DNA from: Podarcis pityusensis
Taxonomy: Eukaryota
NCBI GenBank assembly: GCA_964106645.2
Contig: CAXKZF020000004.1
Reading direction: 5' to 3' (one strand)
Length of the DNA: 64,000 nt
Part shown: piece after piece, positions 35,708 through 48,857 of the stretch
Position numbering within the stretch: the first letter of the stretch is position 1
Layout: every line of letters starts with the position of its first letter
Made by a program: the position numbers and the translations under genes
The notes under the pieces: generated by a model
The model's database searches: none
What the model was told of the DNA's origin: nothing
The model's input: the letters and a program-made list of their open reading frames with translations, nothing else

Positions 35708-35751
35708 CGAGTGGCTGATTAATCTGCAAAGAAGGACAAAAGGCAAGTCAC

Positions 35752-36355
35752 CAGGGTGGATAAATATCAATGATTGCTTTTTTTAAAAAAATGGATTTTA
35801 AAATTTTAAATTGGATTTTTAAAATAAAATGCTTTTGGAGGAAAAATCTTTCTATAGATAGTTTTCTATGTAAGTTACACTATAGTCCAAAGACTATTCA
35901 TCAGGAAATAAGGATTTGTTTTAAGTTTTTCATGTGTGCTAAAACTCAGTCTAAGTTTCTTATTAAAAAATGTGCTTAACCACATCAGTTAAGAAACATG
36001 GATATGTATGCTGTAATGTTATTGTTTTAGTTAAATAAAATTGTTTGAATTGTTATTAAGGAAATGATTATTTTTCTCCTTCCAATAAAGTACAGCAGAA
36101 AAGTTGTCCAAATATAAACAGTTAACTTATTAAACCTCAGAATAATTTCATAATTATCTATGTATTTCTAATAGTACAACCAAATCAGTAATTTTTGATA
36201 TATCTGTAAAAACTACTCTGAAAAATTCTTATTCCAAAAATGAAACCTTCATCTGGCTGTAAATATTAAGATTATACCAGTAATGAGACTTTCTATTTAA
36301 AAAAATGATTTAAATCAAGTCTTAGTGACTAGTGATTTAAATCAAATCCACCCTG
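35752..36355. mobile_element. AT-rich hAT-type MITE (family B), copy 2
   Basis: Same TIRs, 8-bp TSD caagtcac/caagttac; colinear with copy 1. Confidence 0.9.
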
Positions 36356-38646
36356 CAAGTTACAGACCATCAGGGCACCTTGAGATGAGCTATATCTCCT
36401 TTCCCTGTTCTAGGAATGTAAATGAACTCAAATCAAAGCCTCTTCCACCACGCTTATGGACATGTCCCCAAATTATGCTCTCACTGTGAACACATAGCTC
36501 CATGGAATCTATGGCTCCACGTTAAGCGACTTTTATTATATTATTTAGTACATTTGTATTTCCTTCAATCAAGGAATTCAAGGACCCAGACCTACTAAGC
36601 TTCAGCAAGGTGGATTCAACAGATTTCCTCAACTTTGTCAAGCAGCTTGAGGCAGCTGAAAGGGCTGTGGCTTTTCAGTTCTCCTGATCAGGCTGTGCCC
36701 AATTACACTTCAAAAAAGTTTCTGTAACTGAGAACAAGTACTCAAATATGCTTATTTCCTCCACCCTCTCGATCCATCTTCCTTTTGTGTCATTTTTTAA
36801 AGGCTAAGCCTGAGGGCAGAGACGGCCTTTTTAAAAAAGCAATTTAAAAAAGCAATTTGTAAGTTGATATCTGGGAGTAAGCAACCATCAAACATAACAC
36901 TTGCTAGTCCTGGTAAGAGTCACAGTTGCACTGGTTGTTAATTATATATCAGTATCGTTGAGCAGACTTCCAGGATGTACTACTGCAAGTAGCAAGTAGC
37001 ATACACCGGGGCTCTCCAGAAAGGGTAGGTTTGAGAGCTCAAATCTAGCTGTTCAGTTAACTATATGATTTGCTTAAAGAACAAATGATAGCTTTCAGTG
37101 ACTAAAGCGTACAGTCCTAATTTAGGACGTCAACACTGTTTACAGTGAGCTAACGCCAATCTGAGTTATTTAATGATTCTCTGCTCTGTCCAATTTGCAT
37201 CTAATTCTGCACAGATTATTATGCACCAAGATACATTTATCAAAGAAAGCACTGTGGACTGCAAGAAGGTGAAATGATGATAACATTCCCATGTTTCAGT
37301 TCCCCCCACCTCCACCATTTTCTGGAAATTAAATGCTGGGTCTGTTATCTCCATCCATTATCAACGGATCACAAATGACAACAATGGTTTATCTTTCTAG
37401 GTCAGAAAGATGCACAAACATGCAAGTTCAGGCCTATAATCTCCACGGCGATAATTTCAAAGATATGAAATGATCTGGCAGATTCCTTAGTCATAAACAC
37501 TCACGATACTTTATGCAGATATGTTCTGTTGTTGCTGACCTTGTTTGGCAGTTGTGCTCAGTACAAGTCTCCTCCACGACAAACAAGATGTGAGCCCAAC
37601 AAGTGAAATGTGCTATTGCACAACTGTTAGAGACTTTTAGAAACTGGGGAAGAAGAGTCCTCGACTGGAGATGCCCATTTCTTATTATCTCAATTATTCC
37701 ACATTGATCTAGCCGTACATCAAAGCTGCATGCATTGCTGGTGGGGATGTATTGGTAAGGAAACCCAGCTCACATGCAAACCAAACAGGCAATCACATTA
37801 AACGGGAGTAAATGAATGGCAAAAGGGAGACTTCGCTGGGATGTGAATGCGGTTCCTTGTGGACAAATATTTCAGCTTCTGTTATTCAAGTGTGGAGCTT
37901 ATCACAGGGCTGTAGCAGTTCAATAAACCTGCGACTCTGACCTAATTTCCAACAGAAACTGGCACTGCGAATTGTTTTGTATTAAAAATAAAAATCTGCT
38001 CCTGTAACAAGAAATGATGCCGAATTATGTGCTTGCTTTTTAAATCACTTGCAAAACACAAACCTGGTTATGCACAGGTAGGGTTGCCTTTTTTCAAAAA
38101 GTGAAAATCCAGAAAGGAAAATTGTTGAGCTTTGAGCTTCTTTGAGGCCAAAGTTGTTGACTTTTTTTTTTTTTTTTTGCAAAATTGAGCCTTTTCTGAG
38201 GATGACTGGCAAATTGGCAAAACCGACACTGCCATATGCCATACGTATGGATTTTCCAGGATATTTCGCCAAATTCTGCACAGAAACGGCTTGCAGCTAC
38301 AGTATTCAGGATATGTCAGGGAAATTGTCATGTTCTGTGTTCAGGATCTAAAGAGCTACAGGTTAAGGCTGCTCCTTCTCAAAAGGAGACCTCCAGGCCA
38401 CATCACAAGCCACTTTTGAAGTTCCTTCGGTTTCAAAATCAGCTTGCCATGCAGCGCTGCAGGTTGCTTGTCGAAAGCAGGAATCAAGTGTCCCCAGAAC
38501 TAGAAGCATGATTATTCAGTCATGCACAATTCTACTACTGTTCCATAATAGTAACTGGACTTGTTGCAACTATTGGCGGCAATGATTTAAAAACAGAGAA
38601 ATCTAATAGTGGCAACCAAGATACCAATGGCTAGATTACTTAAATA

Positions 38647-38890
38647 CAGTGGTACCTCGGGTTAAGTACTTAATTCGTTCCGGAGGTCCGTACTTAACCT
38701 GAAACTGTTCTTAACCTGAAGCACCACTTAAGCTAATGGGGCCTCCTGCTGCTGCCGCGCCGCCAGAGCACGATTTCTGTTCTCATCCTGAAGCAAAGTT
38801 CTTAACCTGAAGCACTATTTCTGGGTTAGCGGAGTCTGTAACCTGAAGCATATGTATAACTTGAAGCGTATGTAACCCGAGGCACCACTG
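38647..38890. mobile_element. Tc1/mariner-superfamily MITE
   Basis: TA|CAGTGGTACCTCGGGTTA...TAACCCGAGGCACCACTG|TA with repeated TAACCTGAA motifs. Confidence 0.85.
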
Positions 38891-41334
38891 TATGTAGAAT
38901 AGAATCACTGTTGTAATAATGGGTGTAGGCGTTGAGTTGTAGTGCCTTGATAGAAATACTAACTAATGCATAAAGATAGGGTCCCTTCCAACTCTAGAAT
39001 TGTATGATATGAAGTTGAAACAAAAGAACTTACACCTTCTGAATATAAAAAGTGTTGATAAGAGAAGCATCAGTCCAAAATGAGAAACCGCGCACTGAAT
39101 TTCAAACTCCTACATTCCAGGAATGGATGAACTCAGCAAGTTTTATCCAACACTGATCTAAATCCTATGGGAATGAGCTCATGCAACCTAATAAGATCCC
39201 AGGTTGTTGTTGCTGTTTTCTAACTTTGCTAGCAATAAGATCTCCTGCAAGGCTGGCACAAGACATGGCGTGTGAAGTGATACTCCAAGTTCTGCTCTAT
39301 TTAGGCTGAGGCCTGAATACAATCCTCATTCATACAAGTGGTGGCTGGCTAGGCATACAAATGACTATGTTGCTTGTATGGAACCTCCATGCTTAAGTGA
39401 CGGCATGGCAGTGAATCCAAGATGTCCAGGGGAAGAAAATGACAGAATGCGTCCATGTCTTTACACCCTGTTTGTGGACTTCGCCAAGGCATCTAACTGG
39501 TCACTAGAGGAAGCAGGATGCTGAAAAAGATGGACCTTTGGTCTGATCCTGCAGGGCTCCTAATGAGTGTGGATCACTATAGACATTCCAGCAGGATCCT
39601 GGCTGAGTGAACAGTTTGATGCTCAGAGACAAATAGGAGATTGATAAGTCCATCCATCAAGGCAAGGCAACTGGCTGGTCTGCACCTAACTGGACCAGCC
39701 CAAGTGGCTGAAATAGGGTCATATGTTAACACTGAACACATGACACATTATGGATGAATTGCCTCCAAAGGATCTCACTGGGCCTTGGGGAGCACTTGTA
39801 AATGGTGACCCATTTTCAATATTCCTAAATTAGCTTGCAACACCCTTTCCTTTCATGCCCATCAGTGTCTTGCTTCTCTAGCATTTTGCAATGGCCTGAA
39901 AGGGCAATAAAACTTTGGCTGCAACTGTAGTATCGTGTCTGTTCACATCCCCTAAGATAAGGAAGACATTGACTTTTCATGATCTGTCTTGCTGCCAGGC
40001 AAAGGTTAGCAGGTTTAATTATACCTTATGCCAATTATTGATTACAAGGGCAAACATTTAAGAAAGACTATTTAAAGCAAGACTATCACAATTAGCGATC
40101 CCTTTATAAGACACCCTAACTTACGGAAAGACTGTATGGTCATTGCAAAGGTCCAAAAGACGGATTAGATTTGTAAATGAGAAGAATCAAGGGCCAGTGG
40201 TGCTTATTGCTCCTGGATTCTTGTATCAGATACCTATGGTCTCCCCTTTGCTTCTCTTAATTGCTCAGATGTTCTAATGTTATAGCGGTCCTGGACATCA
40301 AATCTATCCTACCGATCTGCCATTGTTCTGGTGTTATGAAGAAACTTTCTGGCTTAGGCTCGAGGCAAGTTAATGCTCAGGAGGCCCCGAGAACCTGAAT
40401 GCCAACACTGAAAAGCAACCTATGCAGAAGTGAACCTCTGTGCATCGAAAATTCAACGTTAAGGCTCATTTGTGTGGCAGGCCCAGGAACTGTACACCTG
40501 CATACTTCAATGGTGCACCCGTGCTGCTCAGATTCTGGAAACCAGATGTGCCATTCTAAGGCTTCAAAATCCTGCAGTTGCCATTCAGACGGCGCTTGCC
40601 CAAGGAGCACAGAAGGTAGGCAGTTATTTGCCTGGCTCCCTGAGCCAAGCATGACAACAGCACCCAGTGTGTACTACGCTGCATAGGCCAGGGAGTGGCA
40701 TGCCTTTAGAGCTTTACGAATAGGGAATTATCTCAGAGATGCTATCTTTCAGCATCTAATATTGCAGGTATCATCCATGGGTGTACGTTCTCAGATTACA
40801 AGAGGCCCTTTGTGTGCCCCTTGTTACCAGCTTGAAATGTGAGAGTTCTTTCATCATGGCCCATTGCCTCATAATGGAGAGAGAGTGAGCAAGATGTGAC
40901 TTGCTTCTAGTCTCATGATATTGACAACATCTCTTTTTACCAGCCTGTACGGATGCATGCAGTAACTCTCCGGACCCAGAATTTGTGCTCTTTTGGGGAT
41001 AAGCAGCTATGGGATGGGGTGCTTTGTATCTTAACTGCTGTAGGATTTCAGTGTGATGATTACATGAGGCTTCCCTTTGCTAAAATTACCCGTATTCTAA
41101 TGGATAAATGTCAAATTCCATATGGAAACAGGGAAGGCTTACCTCAAGAGTCATCACCAAACCAAAGCCACTTGCCCATACCTCAACGGTTGTGTGACCA
41201 ACCATTTGGTGGCTGGTGTCACAAGCCAAGGCCACAAGGAGAAACTGCAGCGTCACTCACTGCAGGGGGTTGGAATAGGGTCCCTTCTAACTCTACAATT
41301 CTGTGATTCATGCACAACCTTTAGTACATATGTA

Positions 41335-41845
41335 CAGTGGTATCTTGGTTCTCAAACTTAATCCGTTCTGGAAGTCCGTTCTAAAACCAAAGCGTTTCTA
41401 AACCAAGGCGTGCTTTCCCATAGAAAGTAATGCAAAACAGATTAATCCATTCCAGACTTTTAAAAACAACCCCTAAAACAGCAATTTAACATGAATTTTA
41501 CTATCAAACGAGACCACTGATCCATAAAATGAAAGCAATAAACAATGTACTGCAGTCATGCAATCAATCAATCAATCAGTAGCTGAACTGGGTTCCACAT
41601 AGTCACAAAAACAAAAAAAGAGCGCCACAATAACAAAAATGCAAAATAAATAGCAAAAACAGACAGACCTCTCTGTAACACTCAAAAGAGAAGTATGGCA
41701 CTCAAATCGGAAGCGTAACACTCAAAACGGAGCACGTTCGGCTTCCGAAAAACGTTTGCAAACCACAACACTTACTTCTGGGTTTGCAATGTTTGGGTTC
41801 CAAGTTGTTTGAGCACGAAGGTGTTTGAGAACCAAGGTACCACTG
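41335..41845. mobile_element. Tc1/mariner-superfamily MITE
   Basis: TA|CAGTGGTATCTTGGTTCTCAAAC...GTTTGAGAACCAAGGTACCACTG|TA. Confidence 0.85.
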
Positions 41846-44678
41846 TACTACATTATCTTGCTGTGGTGTGGCTTTGTCTCTAGGCTACTGAGCTTTCAGG
41901 TAGACAGCAGTGCAGAACAGACACAAAAGCCAAGACATGAGTTCAGACATCCCTGTACCACAGCCCCTTATCACTGTTGGCCCCTTATTCCCATCCAGGG
42001 ATGCCACCAACCCTCTGCTAAGTGTGCCATTTGTTGTATCTTCGCTGCAAGCTGGATATGCGTGCCAAAGACCACTGCAATCTAGAAGAGGCCAAGGACT
42101 CGAGTTTGATTTTAAAAGCAGTTTAAGTTTATTCAACTCTGCCTGCATTACTCAGGTTATTTTCCATTTCCAATTCACTCCTTTCAAAAAAAGATTTCTG
42201 CAAAACACAAAGACTTTACCCAGACTGCTGCAAGCAAAATGAGCAAGTTCATGAAGAAAAACTGTATTTGCATAAATTATACCGATTTGCATAACTCATT
42301 GTATGTCTGAATTGACCTGGCACAAAAAATGTCTCCCATCTACAGGAAAGGGCAGCCCCATGTTTCAGTTGCGACCAGCTATTTACATTCAATTTTAATT
42401 TGATTGTCTGCAGTTGAGTATGTTTGGTGTGAGATGCACCTTTTTTGAATATGACCAAAGTGAGCAGCAAGAAAAAAAAATCTGAACAAAATTAAATGAA
42501 CCAACGCATGCTTATGAGCTTATATAAATGGCCACGAGATAGTTGCTCATAGAGGCTGGCAATTAAGGGCTCTCCTTTCATGCATTACAAAAGAAAACTA
42601 ATTATCAGTTACTCTGCACTGGAAAGACAGCGAAGGTCTGAAAAATACAAACCCGGTAATTTTTATTAAACGTCTAAGCATTCTCAGACAACATTATTGC
42701 AAGCGACCCATTGGGTGGCCATTTTTTACCTGTCATTCAAGCAGTCTAGGCATTAACACAGCTGGCTTCCCTTCCTCAAGCAGAGCAAATGAAGAGGCAC
42801 AGTAAAGAGTTTTACCCAGGCAACGTCTATAGTGATGAGACCGACAAACCTCAGGGCATCTTAAATGCAAAAGGAGGAAACAATCAGTGCATTGTGATAA
42901 TCAATATAGGGCTCACGACAACTTAAGGCAACCCAGTACTCCCCGCTACCATCCACTCCAGATGTTTGAGTTCTTCCTTCTTAGTAGTAGTAGTAATATT
43001 GTGTGCTGTCATAAAATTAATTAAGATGCGGTCCCAAAGTATCCACCCAGAGAAGGATACCAATTGCATCTCCACATGACCTCCACCGTGAGCTTTGCCT
43101 CCCTCCCATCATCATCATAATAATGTCAGTCTTATCAGTCTTATCTAGATGTGGTTTTCTGCATTGGATAAAGTGGGATCATTCAATTGCTTCCAATCCA
43201 GTAGAGTTACCAACTGTTGAAGGAAGCCCAATGCGGCAGTGCAAGGACTTGCTGATCTTGAGACATTGCCTCCTTCCAACAAGAAAATCACCACCTCCCA
43301 GACCAGTAATTCATGCAGTGACACAAACAGACAGACTCTTCTGGAGGCGGTGAATTGCTAGACCCTCTTTAAAAATATTTTGGGGCGTACAGCAGAAATG
43401 TGGCTTTTATTCCAATTAAAAAAAAACCACAATGCGCCTCAGCTATAGGAAGTATGGGTCTCAGTATCTGTGTGGAAACACGGAGAACTCAAAAAAGTAA
43501 ACAGGCCGTAAAAAGCCCCAGAGGTAAATTCTGTAAGTGGCGAATGTGTGTGCTTTGAAGATGGGTAATTGTGATTCTTCCAAAGCTTTAGTCTGGCAAT
43601 GCTGATGTTAATTCCACCAAATTGAAAGAGAAGGGGGCCTGTGTTAAAAGCTAAGATTGTAGTAGGAAGGCAAACATGTGTTTGACTTTTACACGCACAT
43701 ATATAAGCCACACTGTAAGAGGATAAGCATTGTGGGAATATTGTGGGCACTTACCATCCTCTTAAAGATTATTTGCTACAGATAACGTCTAGCAAAAAAA
43801 GCAGCCAGTGATACTGTGAATAACTTAAGTCATCAATCCAATTTGTCCAAATTCACTGTGAAATATGCATAAAACCCAGTTCTGGCATAAAAGATACTTA
43901 GCAAACCAAAAGAGCTTCCTTTTTCAGATGCAGGGCTTCACACAATAAGACAAGATGGCTGCTTGTTCCACCAACTGGAATGGTGTTAGCAAATGCACCT
44001 TCTAATAAACTTTCTGGGCATTTGTTGGCTGATATAAACATTTTCAGAAGCTGCAGTTCCTTCATTTTGAAAGAGCAGCATCTATTTCCCATGTCAGAGC
44101 TGCCTTTAACCTCCTTTCTGCACAGCATTCAAACAAACAGCGAAGCTGGTCTTCAATTTCTTACACTGAGAAGCAAGCATAATGTGGGTGTTTGTCTACC
44201 CCTTTAAAGCTACAAAAAATATGAGTGGAAAAAGCTGCATTTGCAGCCTGGCACTCGCCAAAGCAAGCCTCAAGAGGAGAGGCTGAATTGAAATATTCCA
44301 GGCAAAAATCTTCTCAGCCGTGGCTGAGCCTTCCTGCACAGGAGTGCCAGCAATTCTTTCCTGTATTCAGTTTTCAATCTGCGGGACTGCCAGCTCGAAC
44401 CATTTCATCCACACAAGTAAAATATTCTACCTTGCTTACTAAACAGAAGGATGACTCCAACTGCATATAGGCCTATGCGGGCATAAGTCACAGTTACCCT
44501 AAGCACAACTTCAAAGGAACTTGGGAGGAGGAGGAGACAGATGTTTAGTGGTTCTATTTTGCATAAGGAAATATTATTATATTTGCATACCACCCTTCAT
44601 CCAAAGATCACAGGGCGGTCTGCAACGTAAGAATGCAAAATGAGAACACAAATGCATTTTAAAAAGTAAATAAAGATA

Positions 44679-44904
44679 CAGTGGACGCTCGGGTTGCGAA
44701 CGTGATCCGCAGCTGCGCGTCTGTGCATGCGCGGGTTGCGATTCAGCGCTTCTGTGCATGCGCAAAGCGCAATTCAGTACTTCTGCGCATGCGCGACCAC
44801 CAAAAACGAAAGTAACCTGTTCCGGTACTTCCGGGTTTTGGCAGTCCGTAACCCAAAAAAACACACAAAAAACCCCTGAAGCGTCTGTAACCCGAGGTAG
44901 ACTG
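44679..44904. mobile_element. Tc1/mariner-superfamily MITE, related to 3854-4106 (inverted)
   Basis: TA|CAGTGGACGCTCGGGTT...AACCCGAGGTAGACTG|TA with three GCATGCGC repeats. Confidence 0.78.
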
Positions 44905-44989
44905 TAAATGCACCAGATGAGAATTGGATAGTGGTAAGGTGACTCAAGTAATGTACTATTGCTAATGCTTGCTTATGCATTGTAAAGAG

Positions 44990-45287
44990 TGTTATGTACT
45001 GAGTTGAATAGGATCCAAGATGCCGCAGTCTGATTGGTCCTAGAACAATAGGATTCAGAATGCAGCAGTCTGATTGGTCCACAGGAGCCACCCAATCCAG
45101 CTCCAGGTGGAAGTGAATCCACAACCTGATTGGCCTACAGAAGAATCCCGGAATTAGCCAATCACGTGGGGCCCATCGTGTACATAAGGTATATAAAGCA
45201 GACATTCTGGGGGAACTTCCATTCCTCCTCACCACTATGAGCTGAATAAAGAGCATGAAATCCACTCTTGACTCTGAGTATATTTCA
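44990..45287 (+). mobile_element. Solo LTR (298 bp)
   Basis: TG...CA termini, 4-bp TSD AGAG, five CCAAT/ATTGG boxes, TATATAAA at 45190 and AATAAA at 45245. Confidence 0.85.
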
Positions 45288-46805
45288 AGAGGTTAAGCCA
45301 CAAGTGCATGGCCTTGAAGCCTAAACAAAGGTGGTGCAGGGAGTGGAGAAGGTAGGTAAGAGGTGGTCTTGACCCTTGCTGAAAAATACAGGGGGGTCAA
45401 ATAGCATCTCAAGCAAAATCTAGCAGGCCCGGGGGCAGTGAGTGCAACAGGGAGAGAGCAATACTACAGGAGATTCCAGAAAATGCCACTCGCAGAGAGA
45501 CTATGCCCTGTAGACAGAGTCCTATAGAACCACTTGTGCGTGTTCTTTTGCACTGCCCCTTGTATAATTCGGTAATTCGATCTAAATTCATTCATCAGTT
45601 GATTGTTAGCAGGGAGTGCCAGTAAGACGAACTGCAAGGTAGCCTTCCTAATGTTTACTTGGGACGGGGATAAGATGGCGATAGCAGCCAGGTTTCTGCA
45701 ACACGCAATGGGGATTCGTGAATGTTATACAACAGTATTTTCATCATTAGATGCAGACTTTGCCGAGCGATTTTATTCTACTGAACCTTTCGGAATCTTG
45801 TCTATATGCCAATAAGGGTTTGAGATTTGAGTCTGAGATTGTAAACCACCCTCTGCTAGCTTGGAGAGACTGAAACAGGGAATAGGGGCAGGGAGATTTG
45901 GCTCAGAGGACATGCATCCTGCAATGTGTGTCAACTGGGACCAATCCCCCCTTTCTAAGTGAAATTTTCATAGACCCTAGTCTGGCTATTTTCTGTTTTG
46001 AGCAAAATTATTTTACAAGCAAGCTTCGTTGTGGGTTCCTACTATTGCCTTGTTTTTTTTCCAGTTGGCTGAACATATTTCCATGGGCTTAAGAATATCA
46101 ACCGCGTTCACTGGCAAGCCTTTCATATTTAGTTCTGGCAATGTATGGAGCCCACGAAGCAGACACAGAGAAAGTTAATCTCAAATATAAGAACTTCTCA
46201 ACTTGCTCTACTGAACTGCCATATTTAATTCTCAGGTATATTTGTCAAGAGTGCCAGGGTGGAAAACCATTATTACTTTCTCTCTCTCAATAACTGTAAG
46301 CATTCCTCTTGCCAATGACTTCTGGAATAGCACCCCTTCCAGCCCCTGATTTTTATCTGGCACTAAGGAGAGAGTCACCACAGTGGCCCCTGGTTAATTT
46401 GGGCTTCCAATTCTGACAACCAGCAGAGAATCCAGCACTCTGTGCCCAATGGACAGGTAAATAAATTTAAAAAATCAATAAAATGGGACTCTACTTTTAA
46501 GAATATTTATGCAAATTAGAATAATATTGCAACTATGGTTTTCTTTAAAATTTAGATTTCAATAATACAACCAGGCTAAAGCCTAACGATTATTTCAAAC
46601 TTAAACCTACTGCCATCTAGCATAGCTACATTGAGTTATTCTTTTTTTGTACAGGGATGGGAGGGTTTACTTGAACCCTCTCATGTTTGAGATCAAATAT
46701 TACGGAGAATGTTCATTTAGTGTGGTTTTTCTAGTGCAAATGCTGGTTAGGATCCAGAATATACTATCCTAGACCCTATCACAGAGCTTTCCAAATTCCA
46801 AAGTA

Positions 46806-46987
46806 CAGTGGTACCTCTGGATGAGCATGGGATCCGTTCCGGAGCTCCGGTTGGATCCCGAGATGTGCATATCCGGAGGTGCCGCTTCTGTGCATGCGGC
46901 AAAATCTGGAAAAATACTTCCAGGTTTGCCGCATACGTATCCCAAAGGATACATAACCGGAGGTAAATGTAAGTGTAGGTACCACTG
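46806..46987. mobile_element. Tc1/mariner-superfamily MITE
   Basis: TA|CAGTGGTACCT...AGGTACCACTG|TA. Confidence 0.8.
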
Positions 46988-48001
46988 TACAAGCTCTTGC
47001 TTTTCATTTAAGGGGTTGCACTGAGAACCTCACATGTGTACAGACTGCCAAACAGAAATCCATCAAGTCCTCTTACCTAGAATTAAGATGCAGTTTTGTA
47101 CCGGAAGAGGCATTAACAAGCAACACAGGATACATACTGGGTCAGAATTTTTGTCCATCTAGGGCAGCATTGCCTACTCACTTAGCAGCAGCCCTCTGGG
47201 GTCTCCGGCAGAGATCTCTCGTCACCTGCTACCCTGGCTCTTTTTGCTGGAGTTGCCAGGGGCCTCCTGAATGCAAAGTGTGCTATACCACCCAGCTGCT
47301 CTGGATGACTGAATGCAACCTTCTACCAATGTCCTCCAGATGTTTGGGCTCCAACTCCCACCAACCTCAGCCAGGATGGCTAATGGTCAGGGATTGATGG
47401 GAGCTGTAATCCAAAACATCTGGAAGGCACCAATCTTGGGAAGCCTGATATAATGTGCGGCAAGGTAGCAGAAAAGTTCTGTTTAGCTGAAAACTATTAA
47501 TTAATAATAATAATAATTAATATAATATACCGTCCTTCCATCTGAAGATCCCACGGCGGTTCACAACAGAAAAAATATTATACAGAGCTGTTATATGCCT
47601 GTTTAGGAGCATATGAACAAGACTTAAATTTAAATAAAGTTGGCATTTTCTGTGGTGATGTCCATCCATCTTGGTTGTGAGTTGCTTTGGGTTGCCCCAG
47701 GCAAGATAAAGTGACTGACAAATAAATGAAAATCCATCTATCCTGCCCACAGCAAAATAACTTTTTCTACAGGAGAGTAAGTGAGCAACATTTAAAGTCC
47801 TTCTTGATTAGCATAGTTGTAGGTCAAGGAGAAGACTGGACCAAGGTTCAGCCTAAACTGGAGCTATCAGCTGTTACAGATTTAGAGGCCATTGTGTGAG
47901 CTGGAATAAGTTGTCAGCACACAGAAGTAGCGGTATGGAATCAATCCAGGGAACCGCAGACACCAAGAGCTGACACACTTTCTTGTACCTTTATCTTAGA
48001 A

Positions 48002-48137
48002 AAGGCATCCCCAAACTCAGTCCTCCAGCTGTTTTGGGACTACAGTTCCCATCATCCCTGACCACTGGTCCTGTTAGCTAGGGATGAAGGGAGTTGTAGT
48101 CCCAAAACAGCTGGAGGGCCGAGTTTGGGGATGCCTG
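48002..48137. mobile_element. Palindromic hAT-type MITE (family C)
   Basis: Near-perfect fold-back with a perfect 8-bp TSD TCTTAGAA. Relatives at about 49404-49535, 47330-47450, 15956-16090 and 52022-52160. Confidence 0.85.
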
Positions 48138-48485
48138 TCTTAGAAGAAGGAATGCAGCGCCTGTAGGATTTATTAGTCTGAGACTGACTAAAGCTATTCT
48201 GCACCTGATGCTTTTCTGATGAGGCATGCATTATAACCTTGTGCATCAGCCAACCCCCGTACATTGCATTTGGCATCAGTGTGAGGGGAAGTCAGCAACA
48301 AGAGCTGTCAGAAAACCCTGGTGAAGGCTCACAGCCCATCTCTCACTTGAACAGCAGTCAGTGGAGAGAGGCATCACTCTTAAACTGGCCATTAAGGGAG
48401 AGCCTCAACAAACCAGTGGACTTTGTTCAAAAAATTGAGAGCGGGTGAAAACGACAATTAACTCAACATAAGGCTTTACAGAAAG

Positions 48486-48857
48486 GGGACGCGAGTGGCG
48501 CTGTGGTCTAAACTACCGAGCCTCTTGGGCTTGCCAATCAGAAGGTCGGCGGTTCGAATCCCCGCAACGGGGTGAGCTCCTGTTGCTCGGTCCCAGCTCC
48601 TGCCAACCTAGCAGTTTGAAAGCACTCCAGTGCAAGTAGATAAATAGGTATCACTGCAGAGAGAAGGTAAACGGCATTTCCATGCGCTGCTCTGGTTTTG
48701 GTGTTCCATTGCACCAGAAGTGGCTTAGTCATGTTGGCCGCATGACCCAGAAAATTGTCTATGGACCAACACTGGCTTCCTTGACCTGTAAAGCGAGATG
48801 AGCGCCTCAACCCCAGTCATCTGCGCTGGACTTAACAGTCAGGGGTCCTTTACCTTT
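48486..48857 (+). mobile_element. Sauria SINE (more diverged subfamily)
   Basis: gggacgcgagtggcgctgtgg...gtcctttaccttt. Confidence 0.88.

Larger units (their letters stand above)
35300..35723 (-). other. SLC45A4: 5' UTR portion (424 nt) of the first coding exon, containing four uORFs
   Basis: Strong acceptor GCCTTTTGTCCTTCTTTGCAG|ATTAATC at 35724/35723. The upstream non-coding exon is not identifiable in this window. Confidence 0.8.

Noticed and set aside
42480-42800. TAAT/TTTAT-rich stretch resembling an enhancer
   Set aside because: Short AT motifs are expected by chance; a multi-species alignment would be needed.
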